From positions 672,001 to 736,000 of the forward strand of contig OY760175.1 of the NCBI GenBank assembly GCA_963663165.1: DNA of 64,000 bases, read 5' to 3'. Below are positions 19,527 through 30,289 of the stretch, one piece after another. Under the pieces are notes generated by a model. That model did no database searches and was not told where the DNA came from. It saw nothing but the letters and a program-made list of their open reading frames with translations. The position numbers and the translations under genes were made by a program. The number at the start of each line of letters is the position of its first letter. Positions within the stretch are counted from its first letter, which is position 1. The stretch is from an uncultured Desulfospira sp. GTDB lineage: Bacteria > Desulfobacterota > Desulfobacteria > Desulfobacterales > Desulfobacteraceae.

Positions 19527-20432
19527 TTGGTCCAAAACGCTGTAGAATTAAGCGATGTCTCCTATCAGGTACCCCAGGGATTTTTTCTAAAATCCAAAAC
19601 CATTGTCAGGGATATCAGTTTTTTCATTCCCAAAGGTGAATCCATGGGGCTGATCGGCCCTAACGGGGCCGGGAAAACCACGACCATCAAGCTTTGCACC
19701 GGCATTTTAACCCCCAAAACCGGAAAGGCCTTTATTGATGGTCAGCCCTGTAGGTTAAAATCGGCGAGGGCAAAACTTGGTTTGTTAACCGAAAACCAGT
19801 ACATCCCGGGCCATCTCAAGGTCAACGAGTGGCTGTTTTTTTTAGGACGGCTATCGGGCATGGCCGGACAGGGGCTCAAACAGGCCGTTCAATTGAATAT
19901 GGAAAGATTTCATCTGGACACCCTGGCGGACCGGACTATTTTAGGCCTGTCCAAGGGCCAGGTGCAGCGCCTGGGATTTGCCCAGGCGTTTTTGCACAAC
20001 CCCGCCATACTGGTATTAGATGAACCCATGAGCGGCATGGACCCCCTGTGGCGGTCCCGGCTCCATGACATTCTTTTAGATTACAAAAAACAGGGAAACA
20101 GCCTGTTGTTCAGTTCCCATATCATGTCCGATGTATTGCAGCTGTCAGACCGGATTACCGTAATTAAAAACGGGACCGTTTCCTGGCAGGGCACCATGAA
20201 TGACATCCACCGGAACATTACCCGGTATGAGGCCGTGGTTCACGGTTCTGACATGAAAATTTTCGACCACATAGAGGGCCGCATCCAGGTAGAAGCCCAG
20301 CCCGACGGATCCCATAAAATTCTGGCTGATAAGGCGGCCAAAGACAGGATCATTGAACTGGTGTCAGGGCAGCAGTTGTCCCTGGCATCGTTAACCCCTG
20401 TTTATCCGGCAATTGAGGATATATTCAAATGA
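19527..20432 (+). CDS. ABC transporter ATP-binding protein (PilH/Xap-like)
   Basis: GPNGAGKTT, LSKGQ signature, LDEP.SGMDP, SSH. Confidence 0.92.
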   Translation: MVQNAVELSDVSYQVPQGFFLKSKTIVRDISFFIPKGESMGLIGPNGAGKTTTIKLCTGILTPKTGKAFIDGQPCRLKSARAKLGLLTENQYIPGHLKVNEWLFFLGRLSGMAGQGLKQAVQLNMERFHLDTLADRTILGLSKGQVQRLGFAQAFLHNPAILVLDEPMSGMDPLWRSRLHDILLDYKKQGNSLLFSSHIMSDVLQLSDRITVIKNGTVSWQGTMNDIHRNITRYEAVVHGSDMKIFDHIEGRIQVEAQPDGSHKILADKAAKDRIIELVSGQQLSLASLTPVYPAIEDIFK

Positions 20433-21208
20433 AGCGCTTCACAAACCAGGTGTGGGCTTTTACCCTGATTACCTTTAAGGAAAATTTAAGAAACAACGCT
20501 TATCTGATTCTTAGCCTGACCGGCATCTGCCTGTTTTTAGCGGCCGGTATGCTCGCCAACATGGCGGTGGGGGATCAAACCCGGGTGGTGCTGGATTCGG
20601 GTTTCTGGATTCTCGGGATATTGGGGGTGGTGTCAAGCCTGGTCCTCGGGCTGAATGCCGTTCAAAATGATCTGAACAAAAAAATCATCTATACCATGCT
20701 GTCACGGCCGGTGGACCGGTGGGTGTATATGTCCGGTAAATTTGCCGGAATCCTGGCCATGGGATGGTTAATATTTATTACCCTTTCATTCATACTGGTT
20801 ATGGCCCTTGTTATGACGGGCACCCCGGTTTCAGTTAACATTCTGACCGCCATAGGGTTTATTTTTTTAGAGTGGTGTGTGCTGTTTGGGTTCAGCATTT
20901 TGTTTGCCTCATTTACCGGTCCTTTGCTCCACGCATTGTTTTTGTTTTCCCTTTATTTTATCGGACACTGGGCTTCCTATTTATTTGCCTATGCCCGGAA
21001 TGCCCAGGATCAACTGCTGGAAAATGTTTTATTGATCCTTTATTACGGGTTTCCCAACCTTGAAGCCCTTAATTACAGAACCCAGGCATTGTACCAAACG
21101 CCCATTCCGGCAGGCCACCTGGTGCAGAGCCTTGGTACCGGTCTTGGATGGACTGTCACCGTTTTTGTGCTGGCGGTACTCATTTTCAACAACCGAAAAG
21201 TCATTTGA
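20429..21208 (+). CDS. ABC-2 type permease (PilI/Xap-like)
   Basis: Multiple TM helices, IYTMLSRPVDR...GKFAG motif. Confidence 0.88.
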   Translation: MKRFTNQVWAFTLITFKENLRNNAYLILSLTGICLFLAAGMLANMAVGDQTRVVLDSGFWILGILGVVSSLVLGLNAVQNDLNKKIIYTMLSRPVDRWVYMSGKFAGILAMGWLIFITLSFILVMALVMTGTPVSVNILTAIGFIFLEWCVLFGFSILFASFTGPLLHALFLFSLYFIGHWASYLFAYARNAQDQLLENVLLILYYGFPNLEALNYRTQALYQTPIPAGHLVQSLGTGLGWTVTVFVLAVLIFNNRKVI

Positions 21209-21210
21209 CT

Positions 21211-21390
21211 TATATGAAAGTCTCACTAACATCTTGAGAAGACTTCCATTATTTGTTGTGGGCGGTTCTTGGTTGGATAACCAGGGCGGCCCGTGGCTGT
21301 TATATGAAAGACTCAGCAACCTGTTGAGTTTTTTCAATATTTGTTGTGGGTGGTTCCTGGTTGGATAACCCAAACGGCCCGTGGCCGTTA
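21211..21390 (-). repeat. Repeat family B, two tandem ~90-bp copies
   Basis: 21211-21300 and 21301-21390 both begin tatatgaaag and contain tttgttgtggg.ggttc.tggttggataacc...cggcccgtggc.gtta. Confidence 0.9.
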
Positions 21391-22131
21391 TTGATACTTG
21401 AAGGGCAGGCTGACCTGCCGGCCATCGGGATTTTTTAAAACCACCTGGTCCGGTTCAATATGCAGGACCAGGTATCCTTGAACCCGTTCATTTTCCCCCA
21501 GAATTTTATCGTTGATTACCGCAATCCGCTGTGACGGGTCTTTTGACCAGGAAATGGCCTGAAGGTCCAACAGGGTTGAATCAGCCATGGGATATGCCAT
21601 CTTTTGGGGCGCCTGGTCCGGGACAGGGATATTTTTTGTTGCGGACTGGGCCTGAGGGATTTCAACCACAGCCGGTTCGGGCTCCGGCAAAGGCCTTTGG
21701 AACTCACGGATTTTTAAAGGGGCCGGCGGCTGCGACGGGGGGACCGGATCAACCGGTTCACTTTCTGCCATTTCCAGGGGAGGGGGAATAAATGCCGGTT
21801 TCTTTCCCGGTAATTCGGCCCCCAGGGCAGGGGGAGCCGGCGCGGTCTGTTTTATTGCCTGATCACTAATTTCCAATGGCCTGCCGCCCGGGTCTACAGG
21901 CCCTTCAGGTTGATCGTTCATCCAGTAAAGCCAGCCGCCCAACCCCATCACAACAACCAGGCAGCCGCAAAGGAGCGCGATGAAAACAACCGGCGGTTTG
22001 GAACGGCCTTTGGGCTCTACGGCAACAGTCCTTTTGAAAACAGGCTCAGGGACTTTAATTTCAGCTCCCTGGGATTTGGCCAGGTCTGCATTGTCCTGGG
22101 CTTTTTTTAATGCCGTTAGAATGGTGCTCAT
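21388..22131 (-). CDS. exeB: GspB/ExeB-family protein
   Basis: MSTILTALKKA N-terminus, single TM, Pro-rich linker, LQAISWS.DP..RIAVIN C-terminal domain; follows exeA. Confidence 0.8.
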   Translation of the reverse strand: MSTILTALKKAQDNADLAKSQGAEIKVPEPVFKRTVAVEPKGRSKPPVVFIALLCGCLVVVMGLGGWLYWMNDQPEGPVDPGGRPLEISDQAIKQTAPAPPALGAELPGKKPAFIPPPLEMAESEPVDPVPPSQPPAPLKIREFQRPLPEPEPAVVEIPQAQSATKNIPVPDQAPQKMAYPMADSTLLDLQAISWSKDPSQRIAVINDKILGENERVQGYLVLHIEPDQVVLKNPDGRQVSLPFKYQ

Positions 22132-22140
22132 ATGAAAACT

Positions 22141-23820
22141 TTAAGGCGTTGTTGGTTGATTTTCAGGCTGACGGCTGTGTTTTAGCCGGTACAGGACAAT
22201 TTTGGTCATGGGGCCGGCAAGGCCGTCCTGTTCAAGACCGTATCGGGCCTGTATGTCACGGACCGCATCTTTTAAGGACGTGTCATAATGGGCGGTCAGT
22301 TCCAGGTTGTCAAAGCCTATCTGTTTTAAAAATGATTTTAACGAGATAATCACGGCAGCAGGAGAGCCCGGGGTGATAACACCGGGATATCCGAAGATAT
22401 CTTTCCAGGGGATGTAAATGTTGTTTTTAATATGGACCGATAACTCATCAAAGGGCAGGGTGACCCGCGAATTATTCCTGCCCTCCAGTATAAAGGACCG
22501 CCCATTGTCAAAAATTTCCAATAACAGCAGGTATCCGGATTTTTCATTTATCTGCACCTGGATAATGGCCGGCAGCTGAAATTGCAGCAATCTGTCAGGG
22601 TCATTGATAATGTGTAAAATCTGAAATCCGTACTCAATGGCCAGGACTTTGAAAAACTGGGAATCGGTGGTGATTTCTTCAAGCCGTCCGGTTTGAACAT
22701 CAACCATATCCATATCCGGTTCCCAGAGCTTTAGAACATGCTTAAAAGCGTCATCCCTTTGACATATAAAAAGGTCATCAAAAGCGGTGGAAATTGGTTT
22801 GGAACGGATATCTTTGGCCTGGGTCTTGGCCTGGGCCGCTGTTTTAAAAGAAACCTTACCGGTTTTTGGGGCGGGCGGTGTTTGGGTTGCCGCCTGGGGT
22901 TTTAAGTTGACGTGGGTAAGGGACCTTGGGGAAAAAAGGGTTGCGGCCATTGCCACGGCAAGAATTAAAAGCAGTGCTGCCAATCTGGGAAATGAAAAAA
23001 AGGAACGGGTTGCTTTGGGCAAGACAACTTCCTTTGCGGCGGTACGGACCATTGTCCTGGTAACGGTCTTTTTATCCTGGCTGTAAGCCGTTAACAATGC
23101 CCTGTCACAAAGAATGTTGATTTTCCGGGGAATGCCGCCGGTCTGTCTGGCAATCTGCTGTAATGCCCCCGGGGTGAACAGGGCCTGGGGGACTAAAGAC
23201 GCCGTGTTAATCCGGTGTTCAATGTAAAGCTGTGTTTCGGTAACGCTCAAGGGCAGTACCTTGCAGCTGACACTGATTCTTTGGCGCAAGGGACGCAGCT
23301 CAAAGGTATTGAGAATCTCTGACAGCTCAGGCTGGCCCACGAGAATGATCTGCAGCAGTTTGGCTTTGGTGGTCTCAAGGTTTGATAAGAGCCTTAACTG
23401 TTCTAAAGTCTCAGGTTCAAGGTTTTGGGCCTCGTCTATGAGAAGCACCACTGACCGGCCCTGGCTTTTCCGGGCCAGCAAAAAACCGTAGAGCTCCCTT
23501 GTCATGTCCGAGGGTTCCCGGGATTCAACCTCAAGTCCAAGATCGGCCAGAATGGCGCTTAACAGCTGGGAGGCATTCAGTTTGGAGTTAAAAATAAAGG
23601 CTGAGTCAACGGTGTCGTCAAGGTTTTCTAAAAACACCCGGCAAAGGGTGGTTTTCCCGGTCCCGACCTCGCCGGTGATTTCCACAAACCCTTCGGCCTG
23701 GGAAAGGGCAAAGGACAAATGGGCCAGCGCTTCTTCGTGGCTGGCGCCAAGAAACAGGAATTCCGGATCAGGTACCAGTCTGAAGGGCTTTTCCTTAAAT
23801 CCGAAATAGGCGTTGTACAT
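22141..23820 (-). CDS. exeA: ExeA/GspA AAA ATPase with a C-terminal peptidoglycan-binding domain
   Basis: MY.AYFG.KEKPF...PDPEFLF, GEVGTGKTT, LLIDEAQNL, ILVGQPEL, GIPRKIN, GLEQDGLAGP.T. Confidence 0.93.
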   Translation of the reverse strand: MYNAYFGFKEKPFRLVPDPEFLFLGASHEEALAHLSFALSQAEGFVEITGEVGTGKTTLCRVFLENLDDTVDSAFIFNSKLNASQLLSAILADLGLEVESREPSDMTRELYGFLLARKSQGRSVVLLIDEAQNLEPETLEQLRLLSNLETTKAKLLQIILVGQPELSEILNTFELRPLRQRISVSCKVLPLSVTETQLYIEHRINTASLVPQALFTPGALQQIARQTGGIPRKINILCDRALLTAYSQDKKTVTRTMVRTAAKEVVLPKATRSFFSFPRLAALLLILAVAMAATLFSPRSLTHVNLKPQAATQTPPAPKTGKVSFKTAAQAKTQAKDIRSKPISTAFDDLFICQRDDAFKHVLKLWEPDMDMVDVQTGRLEEITTDSQFFKVLAIEYGFQILHIINDPDRLLQFQLPAIIQVQINEKSGYLLLLEIFDNGRSFILEGRNNSRVTLPFDELSVHIKNNIYIPWKDIFGYPGVITPGSPAAVIISLKSFLKQIGFDNLELTAHYDTSLKDAVRDIQARYGLEQDGLAGPMTKIVLYRLKHSRQPENQPTTP

Positions 23821-24007
23821 GGTAAAAACAGTTTAAGGTTTTCAGTTTACAATAACCTTTCCTATCTATAAGGTTTCCCATCTAAATACAATCATTTTTC
23901 CCTTAACTTTTGCTAATAAAATTGACTTTAAGGCAGAATCGTTTTAGAAAAGATAATCAATTTAGCCCAATTTTACGGCCTGCATTCAAAAAATCAGGAG
24001 AAAAACC

Positions 24008-24553
24008 ATGACATTTTCAATTGATCCGGCTTTTGCCGGGGGGGAAAGCATTTTTAAACGAATAACGCAAATGGTTCTTTGCGCTGCGCTTATGGTATTC
24101 TTAACCGGATGTGCCTCAACCCTCTCCCCGGCAACGCCGGCTGGTGATACCGGGGAAGGCAATGAAAAATCCAACCAGACAACGGCCATCTATTATGATT
24201 TTGTGGATATCCTGGTGCCCAATGAATTGAAAATCATCAAAGACAAAACCTTTGTGGTCTCCACCCCGGGGTTCCGGTCCGGCGTGCTGATGATGAAAGG
24301 CCGGGTAGAGGGCCACTCGCTGTTTAATTTTTTTAATACCAACATGTTAAAAGACAACTGGAATGTGGTCAGCCAGATCAAATCCCCGGACACCACCATC
24401 ATGGTGTTTGAAAAACCCACCCGGTGCGCCGTGGTCACCATCCGGGACGAAGAAATTTATACCTATGTGGAAATCGGGGTGGCCCCCAGGGTCCAGGGAA
24501 CCATGCAGCAGATGACGCCGGCCGATATTATTGATTCGGGCCTGGCCCCTTAA
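24008..24553 (+). CDS. Putative lipoprotein
   Basis: Lipobox FLTGC; the true start may be downstream of 24008. Confidence 0.7.
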   Translation: MTFSIDPAFAGGESIFKRITQMVLCAALMVFLTGCASTLSPATPAGDTGEGNEKSNQTTAIYYDFVDILVPNELKIIKDKTFVVSTPGFRSGVLMMKGRVEGHSLFNFFNTNMLKDNWNVVSQIKSPDTTIMVFEKPTRCAVVTIRDEEIYTYVEIGVAPRVQGTMQQMTPADIIDSGLAP

Positions 24554-24568
24554 CCGCTGGATTTTTCT

Positions 24569-25765
24569 ATGTTAAAGAACACGCATATCCTTTTGGGGGT
24601 TACCGGCGGCATTGCCGCCTATAAGTCTGTGGAACTGCTGCGCCTTTTAAAAAAGGCCGGGGCCGATGTGCAGGTGGTGCTAACGGCATCGGCCCAGAAT
24701 TTTGTGGGCAAAACCACTTTTGAAGTCTTATCGGAAAATCCGGTTATTGCCGATCTGTTCAAGGATACCGGTTCTTCTGTGGCCCATATTGATGCGGCAG
24801 CCAAAACCGACCTTGCGGTGGTCGCCCCGGCCACGGCCAATATCATCGCAAAGCTGGCCAATGGCTTGGCTGACGATGCCCTGAGCACCACCATGCTCGC
24901 GGTGACGGCACCGGTCATGCTTTGTCCGTCCATGAATTCGGACATGTACCAGAACATCCGGGTGCAGCGCAATCTGGATATATTGGAAAAGGACGGCGTC
25001 CATATCCTGGATCCGGATTCCGGTGTGCTGGCCTGCAAAACCGTTGGGGCCGGAAGGCTGCCGGAACCCGAATATATCTTTGACCGGATCTGTGCCCTGT
25101 TAACCCCTAAAGACCTTAAGGGGAAACGGTTCCTCATTTCAGCCGGCCCCACAAGGGAGGCCCTTGACCCGGTCCGGTACATCAGCAACCACTCTTCGGG
25201 AAAAATGGGGTACGCCATTGCCGGGCGGGCGGAAAAAAGGGGCGGGCAGGTCACCCTGGTCTCGGGGCCGGTTTCCATTGATCCGCCCTTCGGGATTGAT
25301 CTGATCAAGGTGTCAAGCGGTGATGACATGGCAGCGGCCATGCTGGACAACCTTTCTTGTGCCGACATTATTATCAAAGTGGCGGCTGTGGCGGATTTTA
25401 AACCTGACGCCTGCCAGGCCCTTAAAATTAAGAAAAAACCCGGACAAAAGGGCATGGTCCTTTCCCTTACGGAAAATATGGATATTCTCAACCGTTTGGG
25501 AGAGCTTAAAACCAAAGAACAGTTTCTGGCCGGGTTTGCCGCCGAAACCCATGACCTTGAAGAAAATGCCTTAAAAAAAATGAAAAAAAAGAACCTGGAC
25601 ATGATCGTGGCCAATCTGGTGGGGCAGGAAGGCTCGGGATTCGAGGCCGACACCAACAAGGCCCGGGTTTTTCTAAAGAACGGAACCGTAAAGGATATTC
25701 CGCTCATGGAAAAACTTCAGGTGGCCGACATTGTCCTTGATACCATTGTTCAAGAACTGGGGTAG
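24569..25765 (+). CDS. coaBC: Phosphopantothenoylcysteine decarboxylase/synthetase
   Basis: GVTGGIAAYK, APATANIIAK, PSMN, AGPTRE.LDPVRYISNHSSGKMG, GFAAET. Confidence 0.97.
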   Translation: MLKNTHILLGVTGGIAAYKSVELLRLLKKAGADVQVVLTASAQNFVGKTTFEVLSENPVIADLFKDTGSSVAHIDAAAKTDLAVVAPATANIIAKLANGLADDALSTTMLAVTAPVMLCPSMNSDMYQNIRVQRNLDILEKDGVHILDPDSGVLACKTVGAGRLPEPEYIFDRICALLTPKDLKGKRFLISAGPTREALDPVRYISNHSSGKMGYAIAGRAEKRGGQVTLVSGPVSIDPPFGIDLIKVSSGDDMAAAMLDNLSCADIIIKVAAVADFKPDACQALKIKKKPGQKGMVLSLTENMDILNRLGELKTKEQFLAGFAAETHDLEENALKKMKKKNLDMIVANLVGQEGSGFEADTNKARVFLKNGTVKDIPLMEKLQVADIVLDTIVQELG

Positions 25766-25770
25766 GTATC

Positions 25771-26376
25771 ATGTCCCCTCCCTTTTTAGACCAGGACGGT
25801 CAATCATTTAACCCCATGGGGGAATTCAAAGAGGCGATCAAGGATTTCTCCGAATTTATCAGGGACCAGCAGCGCCTTGGCAATACCGAACTGTCCCTGA
25901 ACCAGGCCTCACGGCAGGCAATGGCGGCCTGGGGGGGAAACCGGAGCGCCCGGGCGGCCGCACCTGCGGGGCCATTTTTATGCCAGGGCCATGAATGGTC
26001 AACCCTGTGGATCATTGATTCGGAATCTGTTTTTTTCAAAGAAGCGGCCGGAAAGCTGCTCACCAAAATTTTAGAGGCCATGGCCCTTACGCCGGACCAG
26101 GTGTTTATCTGCAATGCCGAAGACCGTGATGCCCTAAAAGATAAACTCACCCGGCAGCCGCCTCAAGCGGTCATCGGCTTGGGGCAGAAGGCCGGTTCCT
26201 TAATATACGGCCGGGCCGTTTCCCTGGATTCGGTTCAGGGTAAATTTACCCGGTTTTACGGCGTCCCGGCCATGCCCACCTATCACCCGAAAACCCTGCT
26301 GGAGAATCCGGACCTGAAACGGCCGGTCTGGGAGGCCATGAAACAGGTCATGGCCAACGTTAAGGGGTCAAGATGA
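25771..26376 (+). CDS. Uracil-DNA glycosylase family 4-like protein, degenerate
   Basis: AGKLLTKILEAM.L....VFICN and PTYHP..LL.NP.LKR.VWE are retained, but the Fe-S cysteines and the GEAPG motif are absent. Confidence 0.7.
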   Translation: MSPPFLDQDGQSFNPMGEFKEAIKDFSEFIRDQQRLGNTELSLNQASRQAMAAWGGNRSARAAAPAGPFLCQGHEWSTLWIIDSESVFFKEAAGKLLTKILEAMALTPDQVFICNAEDRDALKDKLTRQPPQAVIGLGQKAGSLIYGRAVSLDSVQGKFTRFYGVPAMPTYHPKTLLENPDLKRPVWEAMKQVMANVKGSR

Positions 26377-27320
26377 CTGACAGACACGACCTTCTCGATC
26401 AATTCATTGAAACCCTGGCAGCGGAAAAAGGGTATTCAAAACACACCTGCCGGGCTTATGAATCCGACATCTTAAGTTTCATTAAATTTTTGTATACTGA
26501 AAAAAAGAGGGCAGCGGAATTTGACCTTCCGGAAGATGACCCGCCGGATAAGGCCGTTCTTCAAACCTTTTTTGCGCCCCTGGCCCCCAAAATCGAAAAA
26601 CAGGACATCAGCCGGTTTTTAGCCGGGCAGGTCCGGCAAAAAAAAGCCAAAAAAAGCCTGGCCCGCCACCTGTCTTCTTTAAAGGCGTTTTTTAAATTTC
26701 TGGTCAGGATCGGCAGGACCGCCCTGAATCCCGCGGACCAGATCCCCTTTCCCAAGCTTGAAAAGACCATCCCCAAGTACTTAACCATTGATGACCTTTT
26801 CCGGCTGTTGGATTCCATTCCTTCGGAAACCTGGATGGACAAACGAAACCTGGCCATGTTTGAAACCTTTTATTCCACGGGCATGCGGGTATCGGAAATT
26901 CACGGATTAAATCAAAATGATGTTGATTTTCAGGCCCAAGTGATTAGAGTCTTTGGCAAAGGCAATAAGGAACGGGTGGTGCCGGTGGGGCAGCGGGCCC
27001 TTTTGGCCATTAAACATTACAGGGAAAGCCTGGCTGATCCCCCGCAGGCCATGTTTGTGAATAAAAATTTTACCCGGCTGACCAGCCGGTCCATCCGCAG
27101 GATTCTGGACCAGCTGGTCCATGACTGCGGGTTGTTTGTACCGGTTTCCCCTCATACCCTGCGCCATTCCTTTGCCACCCATATGCTGGATTCAGGGGCG
27201 GATTTAAGGGGAATCCAGGAAATACTCGGCCATGCCAGCCTGTCCACTACCCAGGTGTATACCCATGTAAGTATGGACCACTTAAACCGGGTGTATGACA
27301 AGGCCCATCCGAGAAGCTGA
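26373..27320 (+). CDS. xerC: Site-specific tyrosine recombinase XerC
   Basis: YSTGMRVSE, GKGNKER.VPVG, SPHTLRHSFATHMLDSGADLR, STTQVYTH, YDKAHPR; xerC-hslVU synteny. Confidence 0.93.
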   Translation: MTDRHDLLDQFIETLAAEKGYSKHTCRAYESDILSFIKFLYTEKKRAAEFDLPEDDPPDKAVLQTFFAPLAPKIEKQDISRFLAGQVRQKKAKKSLARHLSSLKAFFKFLVRIGRTALNPADQIPFPKLEKTIPKYLTIDDLFRLLDSIPSETWMDKRNLAMFETFYSTGMRVSEIHGLNQNDVDFQAQVIRVFGKGNKERVVPVGQRALLAIKHYRESLADPPQAMFVNKNFTRLTSRSIRRILDQLVHDCGLFVPVSPHTLRHSFATHMLDSGADLRGIQEILGHASLSTTQVYTHVSMDHLNRVYDKAHPRS

Positions 27321-27408
27321 CGGCTTACCGTTTTTTTGATCAGGGATCGTCCCGGATCAAAATGGAAGGCCTGTATTTTTTTTAATTTTATTATTTTGGT
27401 TGTAATTT

Positions 27409-27957
27409 ATGACAGATACAAAGACATTTCACGGCACCACCATCCTGGCCTTAAGGGATGACACCGGCGTGGTGGTGGCCGGTGACGGACAGGTCACCCT
27501 AGGCAGCATCGTGACCAAGCACAAGGCCAAAAAGGTCAGGAAAATTTACCATGATCAGATCATCACAGGCTTTGCCGGCGCCACGGCCGATGCCCTGACC
27601 CTGTCTGAAAAGCTTGAAGAAAAGCTTGAACGGTACAACGGTTCTTTGACAAGGGCCTGTGTGGAGCTTGCCCGGGAATGGCGCACCGACAAGTATTTAA
27701 GGCGGCTTGAGGCCATGATGATTGCGGCTGACGGGGCCAATACCTACCTGCTTTCAGGCAACGGCGATGTCATTGAGCCTGACCACGGGGTGATCAGCAT
27801 CGGGTCCGGATCGGTGGCGGCCCAGTCCGCTGCTGTGGCATTGATGGAAAATACCGGCCTTTCGGGACGCCAGATCGTTGAAAAAGCCATGAAAATTGCC
27901 GGGGATCTGTGTATATACACCAACCATAACGTGACCATCGAAGAAATTAAAAAATGA
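27409..27957 (+). CDS. hslV: ATP-dependent protease subunit HslV
   Basis: [39 protein letters not shown]. Confidence 0.97.
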   Translation: MTDTKTFHGTTILALRDDTGVVVAGDGQVTLGSIVTKHKAKKVRKIYHDQIITGFAGATADALTLSEKLEEKLERYNGSLTRACVELAREWRTDKYLRRLEAMMIAADGANTYLLSGNGDVIEPDHGVISIGSGSVAAQSAAVALMENTGLSGRQIVEKAMKIAGDLCIYTNHNVTIEEIKK

Positions 27958-29312
27958 AAAACCTGAAACCCAGACAGATTGTATGCGAGCTTGATAAATA
28001 TATTATCGGCCAGAACGATGCCAAAAAATCCGTTGCCATTGCCTTGAGAAACCGGTGGCGGCGCCGGCAGCTCGACCCGGATCTTCAAGAGGAAATCGCC
28101 CCTAAGAACATTATTCTCATCGGCCCCACCGGCGTGGGGAAAACCGAGATTGCAAGGCGGCTGGCCAACCTGGCCGATGCCCCTTTTTACAAGGTTGAGG
28201 CATCCAAATTTACCGAAGTCGGATATGTGGGACGGGATGTGGAATCCATGATCCGGGACCTGGTGGAACTGACCGTCAACAACCTGAAGGCCCGGCAGCA
28301 GGAATCGGTCCAGGAAAAGGCGGCCAAAATGGCCGAAGAGCGGATCCTGGATATTCTGCTGCCCCCGTCTTCAGGCAACGCCGGGGTCAGCCTGGACAAT
28401 ACCATTGAAACGGCCGGGCAAAGCCCGTCCGGGACCGGAACCCGGGAAAAGCTGCGGAACATGCTCAAGGCCGGCAAGCTCGATGACCGAAAAATTGATC
28501 TGGATGTCACCGATAAATCCTCGCCCATGGTGGAGATCTTTTCCAATACCGGTATTGAGGAAATGGGGATTAACGTTAAAGACATGCTCGGCAACTTCAT
28601 GCCCAAAAACACCAAACGGCGCAAGGTCAGCGTCAAGGACGCCATCAAGCTGATCACCCAGGAAGAGGCGGCCCATTTAGTGGATATGGACTGGGTTAAA
28701 TCCGAGGCTATTTCCCTGGTGGAGCAGTCCGGCATCATTTTTATTGATGAGATCGACAAGGTGGCGGGCAAGGAAAAAAGCTACGGCCCCGAGGTGTCCA
28801 AAGAGGGGGTGCAGCGCGACCTGCTGCCCATTGTGGAAGGCAGCACGGTGCCCACCAAATACGGGACCGTCCGGACCGATTATATTTTGTTTATTGCATC
28901 GGGGGCCTTTCACGTTTCCAAACCCTCGGACCTGATCCCGGAACTTCAGGGAAGGTTTCCCATAAGGGTGGAGTTGAACTCCCTTGGGGCCAATGAATTT
29001 ACCAGGATTTTAACCGAACCGAAAAATGCCCTGGTACTTCAGTACATTGCCCTGCTCAGGACCGAAGGCGTGGACCTGTCCTTTACCCAGGATGCCGTGG
29101 AAAAAATTGCCCAGATTGCCGTTGATGTCAATAACACCACCGAGAACATCGGGGCCAGAAGGCTTCATACCCTGATGGAAAAATTGTTGGAAAATATTCT
29201 TTTTGACGCCCCGGACGTGGATGAAACCAAAATTGTGATAGACGCGGCGTTTGTTGAAAAACAGCTGGTTGACATTGCCGATAACCAGGATTTAAGCAGG
29301 TATATTCTATGA
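27954..29312 (+). CDS. hslU: ATP-dependent protease ATPase subunit HslU
   Basis: [40 protein letters not shown]. Confidence 0.98.
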   Translation: MKNLKPRQIVCELDKYIIGQNDAKKSVAIALRNRWRRRQLDPDLQEEIAPKNIILIGPTGVGKTEIARRLANLADAPFYKVEASKFTEVGYVGRDVESMIRDLVELTVNNLKARQQESVQEKAAKMAEERILDILLPPSSGNAGVSLDNTIETAGQSPSGTGTREKLRNMLKAGKLDDRKIDLDVTDKSSPMVEIFSNTGIEEMGINVKDMLGNFMPKNTKRRKVSVKDAIKLITQEEAAHLVDMDWVKSEAISLVEQSGIIFIDEIDKVAGKEKSYGPEVSKEGVQRDLLPIVEGSTVPTKYGTVRTDYILFIASGAFHVSKPSDLIPELQGRFPIRVELNSLGANEFTRILTEPKNALVLQYIALLRTEGVDLSFTQDAVEKIAQIAVDVNNTTENIGARRLHTLMEKLLENILFDAPDVDETKIVIDAAFVEKQLVDIADNQDLSRYIL

Positions 29313-30199
29313 CCCCGAACCTTGCAGATATTTTAATTGAGGCCCTCCCGTATATTAAACGTTTTTCTAAAAAAACCGTTGTGGTCAAGTACGGGGGCCA
29401 CGCCATGAAAGACGAAAAACTAAAGACAGATTTTGCCAACGACATTATCCTTCTCAAGTACATCGGCATGAACCCGGTGGTGGTCCACGGGGGCGGTCCC
29501 CAGATCAACCAGGTCCTGGATGCCATGGGCATTACCTCCACCTTTATCCGGGGCATGCGGTATACGGACGCCCCGACCATGGATGTGGTGGAAATGGTTT
29601 TGGGCGGGAAAGTCAACAAGGATATTGTGGCAAGGATCAACCGGGAAGGGGGACGGGCTGTTGGGCTGACCGGCAAGGACGGCGACCTGATCCTGGCTGA
29701 AAAACTTCAGATTATTTATCAGGAAGACGAGAACAAACCGCCTGAAATCATAGATCCGGGCATGGTCGGGGATGTCAAACAGGTGAACCCTGAAATCATA
29801 AACACCTTAACGGCAAAGGGATTTATACCCATTATCGCCCCGGTGGGCATTGGCCGGACAGGGGAAACCTACAACATCAATGCCGATGTGGTGGCCGGCA
29901 AAATTGCCGCGGCCATGGGCGCGGAAAAACTGGTGCTGCTCACGGATGTGGACGGTGTTCTGGATAAGGAAGGCAAACTGATTTCCTCCATTGATGAACA
30001 AACGGCCCTGAAAATGATCCGCGACAAAGAGATCTCCGGCGGAATGATTCCCAAAGTGGAACGGGCCCTTGATGCGGTGAAGGGCGGGGTGAAAAAATCC
30101 CATATCATCAACGGGAAAATTCCCCATGCCCTGCTGCTGGAACTGTTTACAAATTCAGGGATTGGGACCCAGGTGTTTGGTAAGACTGAAGATGTTTAG
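29309..30199 (+). CDS. argB: Acetylglutamate kinase
   Basis: [29 protein letters not shown]. Confidence 0.97.
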   Translation: MTPNLADILIEALPYIKRFSKKTVVVKYGGHAMKDEKLKTDFANDIILLKYIGMNPVVVHGGGPQINQVLDAMGITSTFIRGMRYTDAPTMDVVEMVLGGKVNKDIVARINREGGRAVGLTGKDGDLILAEKLQIIYQEDENKPPEIIDPGMVGDVKQVNPEIINTLTAKGFIPIIAPVGIGRTGETYNINADVVAGKIAAAMGAEKLVLLTDVDGVLDKEGKLISSIDEQTALKMIRDKEISGGMIPKVERALDAVKGGVKKSHIINGKIPHALLLELFTNSGIGTQVFGKTEDV

Positions 30200-30270
30200 A
30201 CTGAAGGGGCTTAGGCCGGCTGAATCATAACCTTCTGACTATCTACCTTCAGCCTTCAGCCTATCCACCT
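30183..30270. repeat. Family D short-repeat element overlapping the argB 3' end
   Basis: agactgaagatgtttagactgaagg...ccttctgactatctaccttcagccttcagcctatc. Confidence 0.6.
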
Positions 30271-30289
30271 AAATAAAGAGGATGTTGTA

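Noticed and set aside
21211..21390. Tandem 90-bp repeats as a CRISPR array
   Set aside because: Only two units, similar along their whole length with no unique spacers, no cas genes, and the same unit is dispersed elsewhere.
11931..27320. xerD and xerC as integrases bounding a mobile element
   Set aside because: Both have chromosomal Xer signatures and housekeeping context (xerC-hslVU); no att repeats were seen, and I did not recognise a dif site.
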